Assembly: GCA_031409335.1 (NCBI GenBank)
Contig: JANNWY010000196.1
Coordinates: 79,880-143,879, forward strand
Reading direction: 5' to 3'
DNA length: 64,000 nt
Source of the DNA: Chthoniobacteraceae bacterium
GTDB taxonomy: Bacteria; Verrucomicrobiota; Verrucomicrobiia; Chthoniobacterales; Chthoniobacteraceae
Below, in pieces: positions 17,371-27,104 of this stretch (position 1 is the first letter of the stretch; every line of letters begins with the position of its first letter). The position numbers were made by a program, and so were the translations under genes. The notes beneath the pieces are model-generated. The model searched no databases and was not told where the DNA came from. It saw only the letters and a list, made by a program, of their open reading frames with translations.

Positions 17371-18935
17371 ATTTCAGCGACGCCGACCGGCTCGAACTCA
17401 GCGAATTGTGCGGCGCGCTGGTGGACGGCACGCTCGACATGGAGCGGCGCAACCGGCTGGCCCAGATGCTCGCCACTTCGGAAGAAGCGCGCCGCTTCTA
17501 CGTCCGCGCGATGTCGCTCTCGGCGAGCCTGCACGAGTACGCGAGCGATATGCCGATCGAGCGCCCGGTGCCCGCCGCCGAGCGACCGACCGCGTGGCGA
17601 TGGGCGCTCGGCGCACTGGCGACTGCGGCGGTCGTCGTGTTTGCATTCTGGCTGGGTGCTTTGCGGAGTGGCGACCAATCGGTCGAGGCCGTGCTGGCGG
17701 ACACCGGCGGCGAGGAATTCGTCGCGCAGATTTCAGGGGCGAAAAACTGCGCGTGGCGCGGTGCCGCGATGCAACCGGGCGAGGAGCTGCGGCGCGGGCA
17801 GCGGGTCGAGCTGATGAGTGGCTTCGCGGAGATCACGTTCGACTGTGGCGCGCAGGTGACGATCGAGGGGCCGGCGACGCTGACGGTGAATTCGGATTGG
17901 GAAGCCGGGCTGGAACGCGGGACGCTGAAGGCGCACGTGCCGGCAGAGGCCGTCGGCTTTCGCGTCGCGAATCCAGCGGTCTATGTCATCAATCCGGGCA
18001 CGGAATTCAGCATCGTCGCCGATGCCGAAAACGTGCGGGAGGTTTTCGTCACGAAAGGCGCGATCGAGGTGCAATCGCGCGATGGCACCGAGGGCGGGCG
18101 GAACGGATTTGCGCTGCTCGAAAATCAGGCGCGACGCTTTGCGGCAAACGGGCCAACGGAAGTTCGCGATCGAGATCAAAAGCTCGCGCGCCTTTCCAGC
18201 AAGACACAGCTCGATCGGCTGATTCGGCCGGCAAACTACACGCACTGGTCCTTCGACGAACTCGACGGCGCGAACTTCCCCAATACGAGCATCGGTGCGA
18301 ACGCAGCTTCCAGCCCGGCGCGCATTCACGCTCCGAAGGAATTCGATTTCGCGCGTCTCCGCTCGACCGGCCGATTCCTCGGCGCGGTTCGTTTCGACGG
18401 AACCGTCTCCGCGACGGCATTGGTTCCGGATCTCTCGAAGCGGACGGCGCGGACGGTCGCCTTCTGGGTGAAAATCCGCGAGAACGCGCCGCTGCCGGAA
18501 GTCGGCGCGATCCTCTCGTGGCCGGGCGTGCAGATCGGGTGGAACCGCAATCCCGAATCGGGAACGCTCGGCGGGCTCTCGACCCGGGCCGGACGCATGA
18601 TCACGGCCGGGGCCACGCCGCTGCGGGATGGCCACTGGCATCACATCGCCGTGGTGCTGAATCCCGGGCGAAAGCCAGACGCGATGCAGATTCGCCAGTA
18701 CGTCGATGGCCGGCTCGAGAGTGCGCAATCGAAGCGCGCTGGAAAACGGACGCTCGCACGCGGGACGTCGCAGCAGGCGGATTTGCTAACGATCGGAGCT
18801 GGCGCGGATGGGACGATTTTCCGCGGGGAAATGGACGAGCTTTTCATCGCGGACCGGGCGCTGGTGCCGCAGGAAATCCGGGGTTTGATGAACCGCAATC
18901 AGCCGCTGCGGGCGGAGCCGCTGGCGGCAAATTGA
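17367..18935 (+). CDS. FecR-like anti-sigma factor with C-terminal LamG domain
   Basis: N-terminal helix ending EEARRFY, a TM segment, then GAQVTIEGPA and GTEF. LamG motifs HWSFDE, TVAFWVK, DGHWHHIAVV, YVDG and GEMDE. ATGA overlap with the sigma gene. Confidence 0.85.
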   Translation: MNFSDADRLELSELCGALVDGTLDMERRNRLAQMLATSEEARRFYVRAMSLSASLHEYASDMPIERPVPAAERPTAWRWALGALATAAVVVFAFWLGALRSGDQSVEAVLADTGGEEFVAQISGAKNCAWRGAAMQPGEELRRGQRVELMSGFAEITFDCGAQVTIEGPATLTVNSDWEAGLERGTLKAHVPAEAVGFRVANPAVYVINPGTEFSIVADAENVREVFVTKGAIEVQSRDGTEGGRNGFALLENQARRFAANGPTEVRDRDQKLARLSSKTQLDRLIRPANYTHWSFDELDGANFPNTSIGANAASSPARIHAPKEFDFARLRSTGRFLGAVRFDGTVSATALVPDLSKRTARTVAFWVKIRENAPLPEVGAILSWPGVQIGWNRNPESGTLGGLSTRAGRMITAGATPLRDGHWHHIAVVLNPGRKPDAMQIRQYVDGRLESAQSKRAGKRTLARGTSQQADLLTIGAGADGTIFRGEMDELFIADRALVPQEIRGLMNRNQPLRAEPLAAN

Positions 18936-18942
18936 TCGCGGC

Positions 18943-20415
18943 TCAAAACGCGCCGTCGCGCAGATCGCGGAATGCCGCGCCCAGATTTGCGATGACGTGT
19001 GTCGCGGACAGCGACTCTTCGGATTCGCCCCCGCGCGTGATCGCGCACTCCGCGGCGCGCCCGCAAAGCCATGCGCCAACACGCGCGGAATCGTAGAGCG
19101 CGAGACCTTGCGCGGCGAGCGCGGCGAGGACGCCGGTGAGGACATCGCCCATTCCGCCGCTGGCCATTCCGGGAGTGCCGGTGGGATTGTAGCTGAGCGG
19201 GAGCGCGCGCTGGCCGATCAGCGTGCGCGCGCCTTTCAGCAGGAGCGTGGCGGGAAAACGCGCGTTGAATTGCGCGACAGTTGCGGGTCGCGAAAGCGTT
19301 TTCGATTCCGGGAAAAGTCGCGCCATTTCGCCGGGATGCGGCGTGAGCAATCGCGGACCGGCGCACACTTCCAGCGATTGGAGGTGCGTGGCCAGGACGG
19401 TGAGCGCGTCGGCATCGACGATGAGCGGTTGTGGCGCGCTTGCGATGAGTTCGAGAATCTCCGCGCGCTGCTCTGTGCCGAGGCCGGGACCGATGGCGAG
19501 GACGTGGTGGTTCGCGTCGAGGATTTCGAGATGCGAGTCGATGGCTTTTACCATGATCTCCGGCGCGGTGCGTGCAGCGACGAGTGGCTGCGCCTCCCGC
19601 GAAACGTAAAGCGTCACGAGCCCCGCGCCCGCATGAACACAGGCTTCCGCGGCCATGATCGCCGCGCCGGTGAAGCCGGGCGAACCGGCAAGAATGCCGA
19701 CGCGCCCGCAATCGCCCTTGTGCAAATCGAAGCGGCGGCGCGGGAGCAGCGCGGCGAGATTTGCGGATGTGGCGACTTCCGCGCCGCTATTGGGAGTGAA
19801 ACGTTTTGTGAGTTCGTCGAGCGGCAGCACGGCAAGTCGTCCGACAAAATTTGTCGCGCCATCCGCAAGCAGTCCCGCTTTCGCGCAGCCGATCGTGAGC
19901 GTGAAATCGGCGATGACGGTGTCGGGACCGGGTGCGCCCGAGTCGCCATCGAGGCCAGTGGGCAGGTCGATGGCAAAAATGTGCGCGCTGTTTTCTCGGC
20001 GGAGACGATTGATTTCGCGCACGGCTCCGAGGATCGGTTCGCGCAAAGGACCGCCCGCGCCGATGCCGAGCAGGCCATCGAGAACGATGAGTGGGCGGGC
20101 GTGGTTTTGCGCGTTGGGCGCGGCGGCAAGCCGTTCGTGGTTTCGCGCCGTCAGCTCGGCCCACTCGCTGGCCGCGAAGGCGGGCCGCAACTCGATTTTC
20201 CATCCCGCCAGCGCGAGATGCCGCGACGCGACGAGCGCGTCACCACCATTGTGACCTTTCCCAAACACCGCGATGCAGCGCCCGGGATCGGGAAAAAATT
20301 GCCGGACGGCGCGGGCAATTTTTTCCCCGGCTTCCTCCATCAAATCATGCGCGTCCACGCCATCCGCGAATGCCCGCGCCTCGATCGCCTTCATTTCCGC
20401 GCAGGTGGCGATCAT
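18943..20415 (-). CDS. nnr: Bifunctional NAD(P)H-hydrate epimerase/dehydratase
   Basis: Motifs LMEEAG, GKGHNGGDA, AIDLPTG, HKGDCG, GPGLG, VDADAL, TPHPGEM and GMGDVLTG. Confidence 0.93.
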   Translation of the reverse strand: MIATCAEMKAIEARAFADGVDAHDLMEEAGEKIARAVRQFFPDPGRCIAVFGKGHNGGDALVASRHLALAGWKIELRPAFAASEWAELTARNHERLAAAPNAQNHARPLIVLDGLLGIGAGGPLREPILGAVREINRLRRENSAHIFAIDLPTGLDGDSGAPGPDTVIADFTLTIGCAKAGLLADGATNFVGRLAVLPLDELTKRFTPNSGAEVATSANLAALLPRRRFDLHKGDCGRVGILAGSPGFTGAAIMAAEACVHAGAGLVTLYVSREAQPLVAARTAPEIMVKAIDSHLEILDANHHVLAIGPGLGTEQRAEILELIASAPQPLIVDADALTVLATHLQSLEVCAGPRLLTPHPGEMARLFPESKTLSRPATVAQFNARFPATLLLKGARTLIGQRALPLSYNPTGTPGMASGGMGDVLTGVLAALAAQGLALYDSARVGAWLCGRAAECAITRGGESEESLSATHVIANLGAAFRDLRDGAF

Positions 20416-20430
20416 CGCAGGCGCGAAGCG

Positions 20431-21021
20431 TTAATACTTCCTATCGATCGCCGCCGCGATGGCGCTGGCGATGCGCTGCCGATGACTCGCGCTGAGGAGT
20501 CGCCTGGCTTCGGCGCGATTCGTGAGAAAACCGCATTCGCACAGGACCGCCGGGTTGGAATTGCGGCGCAACACGTAAAAGCCGCGACGCCGGACGCCGC
20601 GATTTTCCGTGCCCGCCGCGCCCAGGATCGCGGAGTGGAGCGCCGCCGCGAGCGACGCGCTTTTTCGGCTGTAGTAGTAAGTCTCGATTCCGTTCGCGCC
20701 TTCACGGGCGCCGGAGTTGAGGTGAATGCTGACGAAGGCCGCGCCCCGGTGCGAATTCGAGATCGCGCAGCGTCGATCCAGCCCGACGAAATAGTCGCCG
20801 GAGCGCGTCATCACTGTGCGAAATCCGCGCGCGCGGAGTTCGGCGGAAAGCCGCCGCGCGATGTCGAGCGCGTAGGGTTTTTCGGCGATGCGCTGGCCGG
20901 GCGAGCCGCCGCGGTCGTGCCCGCCGTGGCCGGCGTCGATCACGATCGTCTTTGCCGCAAAAGCCGGCGAAACCCCGAGGATCAGGGCGAACAGGAAGAG
21001 GAGGAAGCCGACTCGTTTCAT
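20431..21021 (-). CDS. N-acetylmuramoyl-L-alanine amidase (Amidase_3)
   Basis: Motifs IVIDAGHGGHD, EK, FVSIHLNS and PAVLCECGFLTN, plus a signal peptide. Confidence 0.92.
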   Translation of the reverse strand: MKRVGFLLFLFALILGVSPAFAAKTIVIDAGHGGHDRGGSPGQRIAEKPYALDIARRLSAELRARGFRTVMTRSGDYFVGLDRRCAISNSHRGAAFVSIHLNSGAREGANGIETYYYSRKSASLAAALHSAILGAAGTENRGVRRRGFYVLRRNSNPAVLCECGFLTNRAEARRLLSASHRQRIASAIAAAIDRKY

Positions 21022-21088
21022 GCAGGAGAGGGCGGGAAGGTTTCAAAACATGCCGCGATTGCCAGTGGTATTTCGCGGCGTGGATATT

Positions 21089-21805
21089 TCACGAGTGATC
21101 GGAGCGCGCAGGCAGGATGATTTGGAAAACGGTTTTCTTCGGCTTGCTCGTCACGCGGATCACGCCGCCATGCTGCTGGATGAAACCGAGCGCGACGGTA
21201 AGGCCGAGGCCAGTGGAGTTGCCGCTCTTTTTTACCGAATAAAACGGCGTGAAAATCTTCTCGAATGCGTCCTTTGGAATGCCGGGGCCGTCGTCGGTGA
21301 CGGTGAGTGAAAGCCAGTGGATCGGCTGGCGGCCCGCGGTGGTCGGCGTCGGCGCGTGCGCTTCTTTCTTCAATTCGATCGACACATTTCCACTCGACCC
21401 GACGGCATCGAACGCGTTGCGGATGACTTCGATGACGGCGGTTTTGACGCGCCCGACATCGGCCCAGACTTTCGGGGTTTCATCGAGACAACACAGCTGC
21501 AGCTTCACTTTTGGCCCGGCCATTTCCTGTAAAGTCGGGCGCAGACGATGGAGCATTTCGGAGAGATCGAGTTCGCGCCAGACCGCGCTCGACGGGCGCA
21601 CGAGGGAATGCGTGCGATCCATCAAATCGCTGGCGGCACGCGCACCGTCCTGGATTTTCGCGAGCCCCTCCATCGTTGGCTTATCGAGTTTTTTGTTGTC
21701 GAGCAGCAATCCCAGATAGCCGTGGAAAAGCGTGAGAATGTTATTCATCCGGTGCGCGAGGCCGCGCACCAATTGATCCTGAAATTCCGAATGTTCGATC
21801 TGCAT
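21089..21805 (-). CDS. Minimal histidine kinase (HisKA + HATPase, no sensor domain)
   Basis: Motifs GLAHRMNN, IRNAFDA, DDGPGI, FTPFYS and TGLGL. Confidence 0.8.
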   Translation of the reverse strand: MQIEHSEFQDQLVRGLAHRMNNILTLFHGYLGLLLDNKKLDKPTMEGLAKIQDGARAASDLMDRTHSLVRPSSAVWRELDLSEMLHRLRPTLQEMAGPKVKLQLCCLDETPKVWADVGRVKTAVIEVIRNAFDAVGSSGNVSIELKKEAHAPTPTTAGRQPIHWLSLTVTDDGPGIPKDAFEKIFTPFYSVKKSGNSTGLGLTVALGFIQQHGGVIRVTSKPKKTVFQIILPARSDHS

Positions 21806-21886
21806 TTGAAGCAGAACTGACTTAGCAGGATGGATACCCGCGCGAATTGGGATTCCGAATTCCTGTTTGGAGCGCGACGCGGGCGG

Positions 21887-23317
21887 CTAAACCAGCAGCC
21901 CGGCCTGTTGCAGCGCGGCTTCGCTGGGCATTTGCGTGGGATCGGCGAGGACGGCGCGGCCTTCGGGAGTGAGATCGACCATTTCGTGCCAGCGATTCGC
22001 GAGGGCGAAGTTTTCGCGCGCCTGGTAGCGCATCAGCGGGCTGGGGGACGCGGGCTCACCGGTGCGCAGCCACGCGCCGTCGCCGGTGAGCACGAGATCG
22101 ACGGCATCGACTGAAAACAACCGGCAGACTTCCGCGAGCAGGGCGGAGTCGTCCACGATTTCGGGGAGGCCGACTTGCCGGAGAAACCGGTTCGCGTTTT
22201 CCACAGCGACGGGAAATGGAACGCGCATCGCGCTGGTCTGGGCGAGCGCGGCGAGGAAGGCTTTCGTCGCCGGTGCGTCGAAATCGAGCGTGAGATCGTT
22301 GGGCCCGAGCATGCGCATGGGGACGCCGGGCTGGAGATTTGCCCTGCCGCCTGCGGGCCGGAGTCGGAGGCCGATGGCGCATTCGCGAATCGTCTCGGTC
22401 TCCGGAGTGCGCGCGGGTGCGGTGCGGCAGAGGAGGGTGCTGCGGAGCCAGCGCTGGTAGAGCACGTCCATGAATTGCTGCGCGCGGAGGAAGTCGGGAG
22501 CGAGCTCCGCGAGGGTGTCGCGAATCGGCGTGGGGACGTGCTCGAAGGGCATCGAGGCGTAGTGCGCTTCGGAGAGAAAGTGCAGACCGTGGCGCGTGGC
22601 GTGCGCGGTGAAATCGAGGAACGTACAGGGGTCGTTCACGAGGCTGAGTTCATCGTGGAAAAGGAGCGCGGGCGATTTGCGCAGCATGTCGGCGACGGCT
22701 TCGCGGAGGAGCGCGGCGTAGGCTCCGGGCTGATTCGCGGTGCATTTGGCCAGCACGCCGAGGATGTGGCGCGCGTGATTGAGCTGGGATTGCGGCGCGG
22801 TTTCGCGGGCGGATTCCGCGAGGAGAAATTTCCGCATCCCATCCAGCAGTCCGCAACCCGGCAGCACATTGTAACTCACATAAGCGACGCCCGCCGGCGC
22901 GAGCGCGGTGGCGCAGACCGCGAGCAGCCGCTCCTTCACATCGTCCGGCACCCACGAATAAACGCCGTGCGCGATGACGTAGTCGAACGCGCCCGGCTCC
23001 GGCGCGAACTCACGCAAGTCGGCGTGGAGGAAGCGCGCATTCCCGATGCCGCAGGCGACGCGCGCCGCTTCGGCGGTGGCGATTTGTTTTGCGGAAAAAT
23101 CGACGCCGGTGAACTGCGCGTTTGGTAGCCGTTCGGCAAGCGGGAGCAGATTCATCCCCTCGGCGCACCCCAACTCGAGAACGCGGCAACGATCCGGCGG
23201 GGTCGCCGACATTCCAAACAGCCGCGCGATCGCGCCAACGCGCGCGGGATGCGAATGCGGAATCGCGCCGTGGCGGTAGGGAATGTCGTCGTAACGCGCG
23301 CTGAGCGGATCGGTCAT
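21887..23317 (-). CDS. Class I SAM methyltransferase with methyltransferase regulatory domain
   Basis: Motifs YDDIPY, RVLELGCAEGMN, FDYVIAHGVYSWVP, GVAYVSYN and QFMDVL..R.LR.TLLC. Confidence 0.85.
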   Translation of the reverse strand: MTDPLSARYDDIPYRHGAIPHSHPARVGAIARLFGMSATPPDRCRVLELGCAEGMNLLPLAERLPNAQFTGVDFSAKQIATAEAARVACGIGNARFLHADLREFAPEPGAFDYVIAHGVYSWVPDDVKERLLAVCATALAPAGVAYVSYNVLPGCGLLDGMRKFLLAESARETAPQSQLNHARHILGVLAKCTANQPGAYAALLREAVADMLRKSPALLFHDELSLVNDPCTFLDFTAHATRHGLHFLSEAHYASMPFEHVPTPIRDTLAELAPDFLRAQQFMDVLYQRWLRSTLLCRTAPARTPETETIRECAIGLRLRPAGGRANLQPGVPMRMLGPNDLTLDFDAPATKAFLAALAQTSAMRVPFPVAVENANRFLRQVGLPEIVDDSALLAEVCRLFSVDAVDLVLTGDGAWLRTGEPASPSPLMRYQARENFALANRWHEMVDLTPEGRAVLADPTQMPSEAALQQAGLLV

Positions 23318-23373
23318 GCAGCGAGGAGAGCAGAAGTGCGAAGTTTCGACGACATCGGTGGTGAGCCGCCAAA

Positions 23374-23790
23374 CTACCGCTGATGAAAGCGGGTGAAGCC
23401 TCCCGCGGTCAGGCCAGTCTTCAGCGCAGCATCTTCAGTCCAAAGTTCGGCGTCTAGGTGCAGAGCGAGAGCGACGTAGGGCGTGTCTTTCGGGTCGGTT
23501 GGGGCGCAAAGCCGGTGGGCCTCCAGCCAAGTGCCAATCGGGATTGCGGCTTCGTCGGTGAAGTCCAGCGAAGAGACGAGGGCGTGGAGAGCTTCGAGGA
23601 GTTCGGCCTCGGATTTACGCATGGCGCGGAGGAGGCGGTCCTTGTGTTTGAATAGCTCGACGAATAGAAAGCGCGGAGCGATGAAACGAATGTCGTCGCT
23701 GGAGTCGAGCCGACCCCGCAAGTCTCCGCGTCCGCTGGCGAGCGCACGAAAAGCGATGTTCGCGTCCACGATGACGCGGCGCTCGCTCAT
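23374..23790 (-). CDS. PIN-domain (VapC-like) putative toxin
   Basis: Motifs VIVDANI, ELFKH, DPKDTPYVALAL and LWTED. The start overlaps the upstream small gene. Confidence 0.85.
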   Translation of the reverse strand: MSERRVIVDANIAFRALASGRGDLRGRLDSSDDIRFIAPRFLFVELFKHKDRLLRAMRKSEAELLEALHALVSSLDFTDEAAIPIGTWLEAHRLCAPTDPKDTPYVALALHLDAELWTEDAALKTGLTAGGFTRFHQR

Positions 23791-24017
23791 GCCTCCGCTG
23801 CGCCGACAGGCGGGATGAAGCGATGCCGATTGCGCGCCCACCAATCGGCTTTCATCTCCTCGGCCATGGCATCGGCCATGGCATCGGTCATGTCGCTGCC
23901 AGCGACAGCCGCTTCAAGCCGCAGGCCGCGCAAAAGTTGCGCAAGGCGCTCGTCGGTGACATCCCCACGCGGGATATGGAGGTGGATGGTGTCGGCAGTG
24001 GCCTCGACGGAAATCAT
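23787..24017 (-). CDS. Small hypothetical protein, probable antitoxin of the PIN toxin
   Basis: 76 aa, translationally coupled upstream of the PIN gene, with an acidic helix ending EEMKADWW. Confidence 0.6.
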   Translation of the reverse strand: MISVEATADTIHLHIPRGDVTDERLAQLLRGLRLEAAVAGSDMTDAMADAMAEEMKADWWARNRHRFIPPVGAAEA

Positions 24018-24137
24018 GATCCCGAGGCTATCGCGACTGCGGGCTCATGTCCAATTTGCGAGTTTGCCATCAAAACGCGGGCGGAAAAAATTTGAGCAGA
24101 CCGGTCGTTTGCATGTCAGATGGCCTCCCGCAACTTG

Positions 24138-25280
24138 ATGACTGTGATGCCTCTAAAATCGCGCCTGCTTTTACTCCTGACTGCCGCCACGCTCACCGTT
24201 CCGGTTTCCGCCCAGACGGAGCCCGCGCTGGAGCCATCCGTCGTCGCCGTGGCAAAGGCGATGCCTGCCGTGGTCAACATCAATACCGAACGGGTGGTGC
24301 AGCATACGGTGCGCGATCCGCGGGATGAGTTTTTTAACAATTTTTTCGGCGGGCCGATGCGTCCGCCGCGGCTGGTGAAGCAGACGGTGCAGAGCCTCGG
24401 CTCGGGGTTCATCGTGGATGCGTCAGGCTTCATCGTGACGAATGAACATGTGGTGCAGCGGGCGGCGGATTTGAAGATTTCGGTGACGACGAATGATGGG
24501 AAGACTTACATCGCCAAGTATATCGCGGGGTCGCCGGAGACGGACCTCGCTTTTCTAAAGATCGAGTCGAAGGAGAAACTGCCATTCATTGAACTCGCGG
24601 AACTTTCGCCAAATCTGCTCGGGCAGACGGTGCTGGTGCTGGGAAATCCGCTGGGCTACGGGAGTTCGGTGGCGCGGGGGATTTTGTCGGCGAAGGCACG
24701 GTCGGTGTCGGTGGATAACAAGGATTACAAAGACCTGGTGCAGACGGATGCGGCGATCAATCCGGGGAATTCGGGTGGGCCGGTGGTGGACTTGAGCGGG
24801 AAGCTGGTGGGGGTGAGTTCGGTGAAGATGGCGTTCACGCCGCAGGGAGTGCCGACGCAGGGGCTGGGATTTGCGATTCCGGGAATTGCGGTGCGCGATC
24901 ATGTGGCGGAATTTCGCAAGGTGGCCGCGGGGCAGAAGAGCTCGAAGGCGCGGGCGACGCAGAGCCGCGTGCGGCAGTATTTCGGGCTGCAACTCCAGGA
25001 TATGACGCCAGAGCTGGCGGAGACGATGGGCTACGAGGCGGATGCGGGTGTGGTGATCGCCGATGTGGAAGCGGGATCGCCGGCGGATCGGGCGGGGTTT
25101 AAGCGCGGGCTTGTCATCAGCCAATTGGGGCGCTATCGCGTCACCTCCTCCAAACAGGTCGAGGACCTTTTGGAGCCGGTCAGCACGGGTTCTGTCGTGG
25201 ATTTCACGGTCGGACTCGTGCGGACGGCCGGTCGGCGTGAGTTCGTGTCATGGACCCCCGTGACGATGAATGCGCGCTGA
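24138..25280 (+). CDS. HtrA/DegP-family serine protease with one PDZ domain (start 24120-24147)
   Basis: Motifs PAVVNI, LGSGFIV, TNEHVV, TDLA and QTDAAINPGNSGGP, plus PDZ motif GSPADRAG. Confidence 0.92.
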   Translation: MTVMPLKSRLLLLLTAATLTVPVSAQTEPALEPSVVAVAKAMPAVVNINTERVVQHTVRDPRDEFFNNFFGGPMRPPRLVKQTVQSLGSGFIVDASGFIVTNEHVVQRAADLKISVTTNDGKTYIAKYIAGSPETDLAFLKIESKEKLPFIELAELSPNLLGQTVLVLGNPLGYGSSVARGILSAKARSVSVDNKDYKDLVQTDAAINPGNSGGPVVDLSGKLVGVSSVKMAFTPQGVPTQGLGFAIPGIAVRDHVAEFRKVAAGQKSSKARATQSRVRQYFGLQLQDMTPELAETMGYEADAGVVIADVEAGSPADRAGFKRGLVISQLGRYRVTSSKQVEDLLEPVSTGSVVDFTVGLVRTAGRREFVSWTPVTMNAR

Positions 25281-25303
25281 GTTTTCCTCCACCACCGAAC
25301 CGC

Positions 25304-26236
25304 ATGATTAAAGTCGAAAACCTCACGAAACGTTATTCCGGCTTTACCGCGATCAAGGACCTCAGTTTCGAGGTGGCGAAGGGCGAAATCGTTGGCTTTC
25401 TCGGGCCAAATGGCGCGGGCAAAACGACGACGATGCGCATTTTGGCTGGGTTTCTGCCGGCGACGAGCGGGCGGGCCTCGATAGCGGGGTTCGATGTGTT
25501 TGAGCAAAGTCTGGAGGCGCGGAAACGGATCGGGTATTTGCCGGAAAATACGCCGCTGTATCCCGAGATGCGGGTGAATGAATATCTGCGCTACCGGGCG
25601 GATTTGAAGGGCGTCGAGGGTCGGAAGGTGAAGGAGCGCGTGGGCGATGTGATCGACCAGTGCAGCTTGAAGGAAAAGGAGCGGGCGATCATCGGAACGC
25701 TCTCGAAAGGGCAGCGGCAGCGGGTCGGGCTGGCGGATGCGCTGGTGCATGATCCCGAGTTGCTGATCCTCGACGAACCGACGATCGGGCTCGATCCGAA
25801 TCAAATCCGGCAGGTGCGCGAGCTGATCAAGAATCTCGCGAACAAACGCACGGTACTGATCTCGACGCACATCCTGCCCGAGGTGGAAATCATGTGCTCG
25901 CGCGTGATCGTGATCCATCAGGGGCAAATCCGCGCGAGCGATACGGCGGAGAATTTGTTGAAAAATCACCGCGCCGCCGGCAACATGCGGGTGGAGGCGA
26001 AGACGGGTGGGACGAATGGGCGCGAGGCGTTGCTCGGGCTGCCAGGGGTGAAGGATGTGACCGAAGAGCAGGACGGGGAATTCAGCATTTTCAATCTCCG
26101 ACTCGAAGCAAACGCCGATCCGGCGGAAGCGGTGATGAATCTGGCGATTTTCCGCCGCTGGAATGTGCGCGAACTCGCCCGGCGTCGCGCGACGCTGGAA
26201 GATGTCTTCGTCGAACTAACCCATTCGGATAGCTAA
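25304..26236 (+). CDS. ABC-2 transporter ATPase (GldA-like)
   Basis: Motifs GPNGAGKTT, LSKGQRQRVG, LILDEPTIGLDP and STHIL. Confidence 0.92.
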   Translation: MIKVENLTKRYSGFTAIKDLSFEVAKGEIVGFLGPNGAGKTTTMRILAGFLPATSGRASIAGFDVFEQSLEARKRIGYLPENTPLYPEMRVNEYLRYRADLKGVEGRKVKERVGDVIDQCSLKEKERAIIGTLSKGQRQRVGLADALVHDPELLILDEPTIGLDPNQIRQVRELIKNLANKRTVLISTHILPEVEIMCSRVIVIHQGQIRASDTAENLLKNHRAAGNMRVEAKTGGTNGREALLGLPGVKDVTEEQDGEFSIFNLRLEANADPAEAVMNLAIFRRWNVRELARRRATLEDVFVELTHSDS

Positions 26237-26241
26237 AAACT

Positions 26242-26304
26242 CTTCCTCTTAATCTTAATCTTCCTCCAAATTCCGATAGTCGGCGGAGGAAGATTAAGAG
26301 GAAG
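26242..26304. repeat. Intergenic inverted repeat built from AATCTT/AAGATT units
   Basis: CTTCCTCTTAATCTT(AATCTT)CCTCC ... GGAGGAAGATTAAGAGGAAG: 20-bp arms with one extra hexamer on the left. Confidence 0.75.
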
Positions 26305-26330
26305 CGGAAGAACCCACTGACCCACCTTCC

Positions 26331-27086
26331 ATGAAAACCTTCTTCACCCTGCTCGACCGCGAAATGAAGAGCTTCTTCCACTCGCCGATCGCTTACGTCG
26401 TCCTGTTTTATTTCCTGGTGCTAACCGGCTTCAATTTTTTCTTCCAAGTTAGTTTCCTGAATCGCGGCCCGACGGAGATCACCGTCGTGGAAGCCGTCTT
26501 CAACACGGTCATTTTCTGGTTCCCGTTCGTGCTGATCTTTCCATTGATTACCATGCGGACTTACTCTGAGGAATTCCGCATGGGGACGTTTGAAACACTG
26601 ACGACCGCTCCCGTGAGCGACTGGCAGGTGGTCCTCGCGAAGTTCTTTGGCGTGCTGTTCTTCTACATCGTCCTGTGGGCTCCCAGCTTTAGTTACTTCG
26701 CCATCTTCCAACTCATCACCCAGCAGCAGGCAGCGAATGCCGCGGGCGCCTACTATGGCAGCTATCTGCTGATCCTATTGATCGGTATGTTTTATATCTC
26801 GATCGGCTGCGTGGCTTCGGCGCTCACGAGGGATCAGGTGAACGCCGCGATGATTAGTTTTTCGGTGATCACACTCTGCTTCTTCGCCGGGCTGCTCACC
26901 TTCGTGATGAACGTCACCGATCCCGCGCTGAAGGACATCAACACTTATATCTCCGCCGTGGAGCATATGGGTGACTTTTCCAAAGGCATGATCGATACGC
27001 GGCCGATCGTCTGGTATCTGTCACTGACGGTCCTGATGCTTGTCATTAACTTCCAAGTCTTCCAATACCGGAAGTGGAAGTCCTAG
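26331..27086 (+). CDS. ABC-2 transporter permease (GldF-like)
   Basis: Motifs REMKSFFHSPIAY and PLITMRTYSEEFRMGTFETLTTAPV..VVLAKF, with multiple TM segments. Confidence 0.88.
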   Translation: MKTFFTLLDREMKSFFHSPIAYVVLFYFLVLTGFNFFFQVSFLNRGPTEITVVEAVFNTVIFWFPFVLIFPLITMRTYSEEFRMGTFETLTTAPVSDWQVVLAKFFGVLFFYIVLWAPSFSYFAIFQLITQQQAANAAGAYYGSYLLILLIGMFYISIGCVASALTRDQVNAAMISFSVITLCFFAGLLTFVMNVTDPALKDINTYISAVEHMGDFSKGMIDTRPIVWYLSLTVLMLVINFQVFQYRKWKS

Positions 27087-27104
27087 CACCCATTCTCATT
27101 TCAC

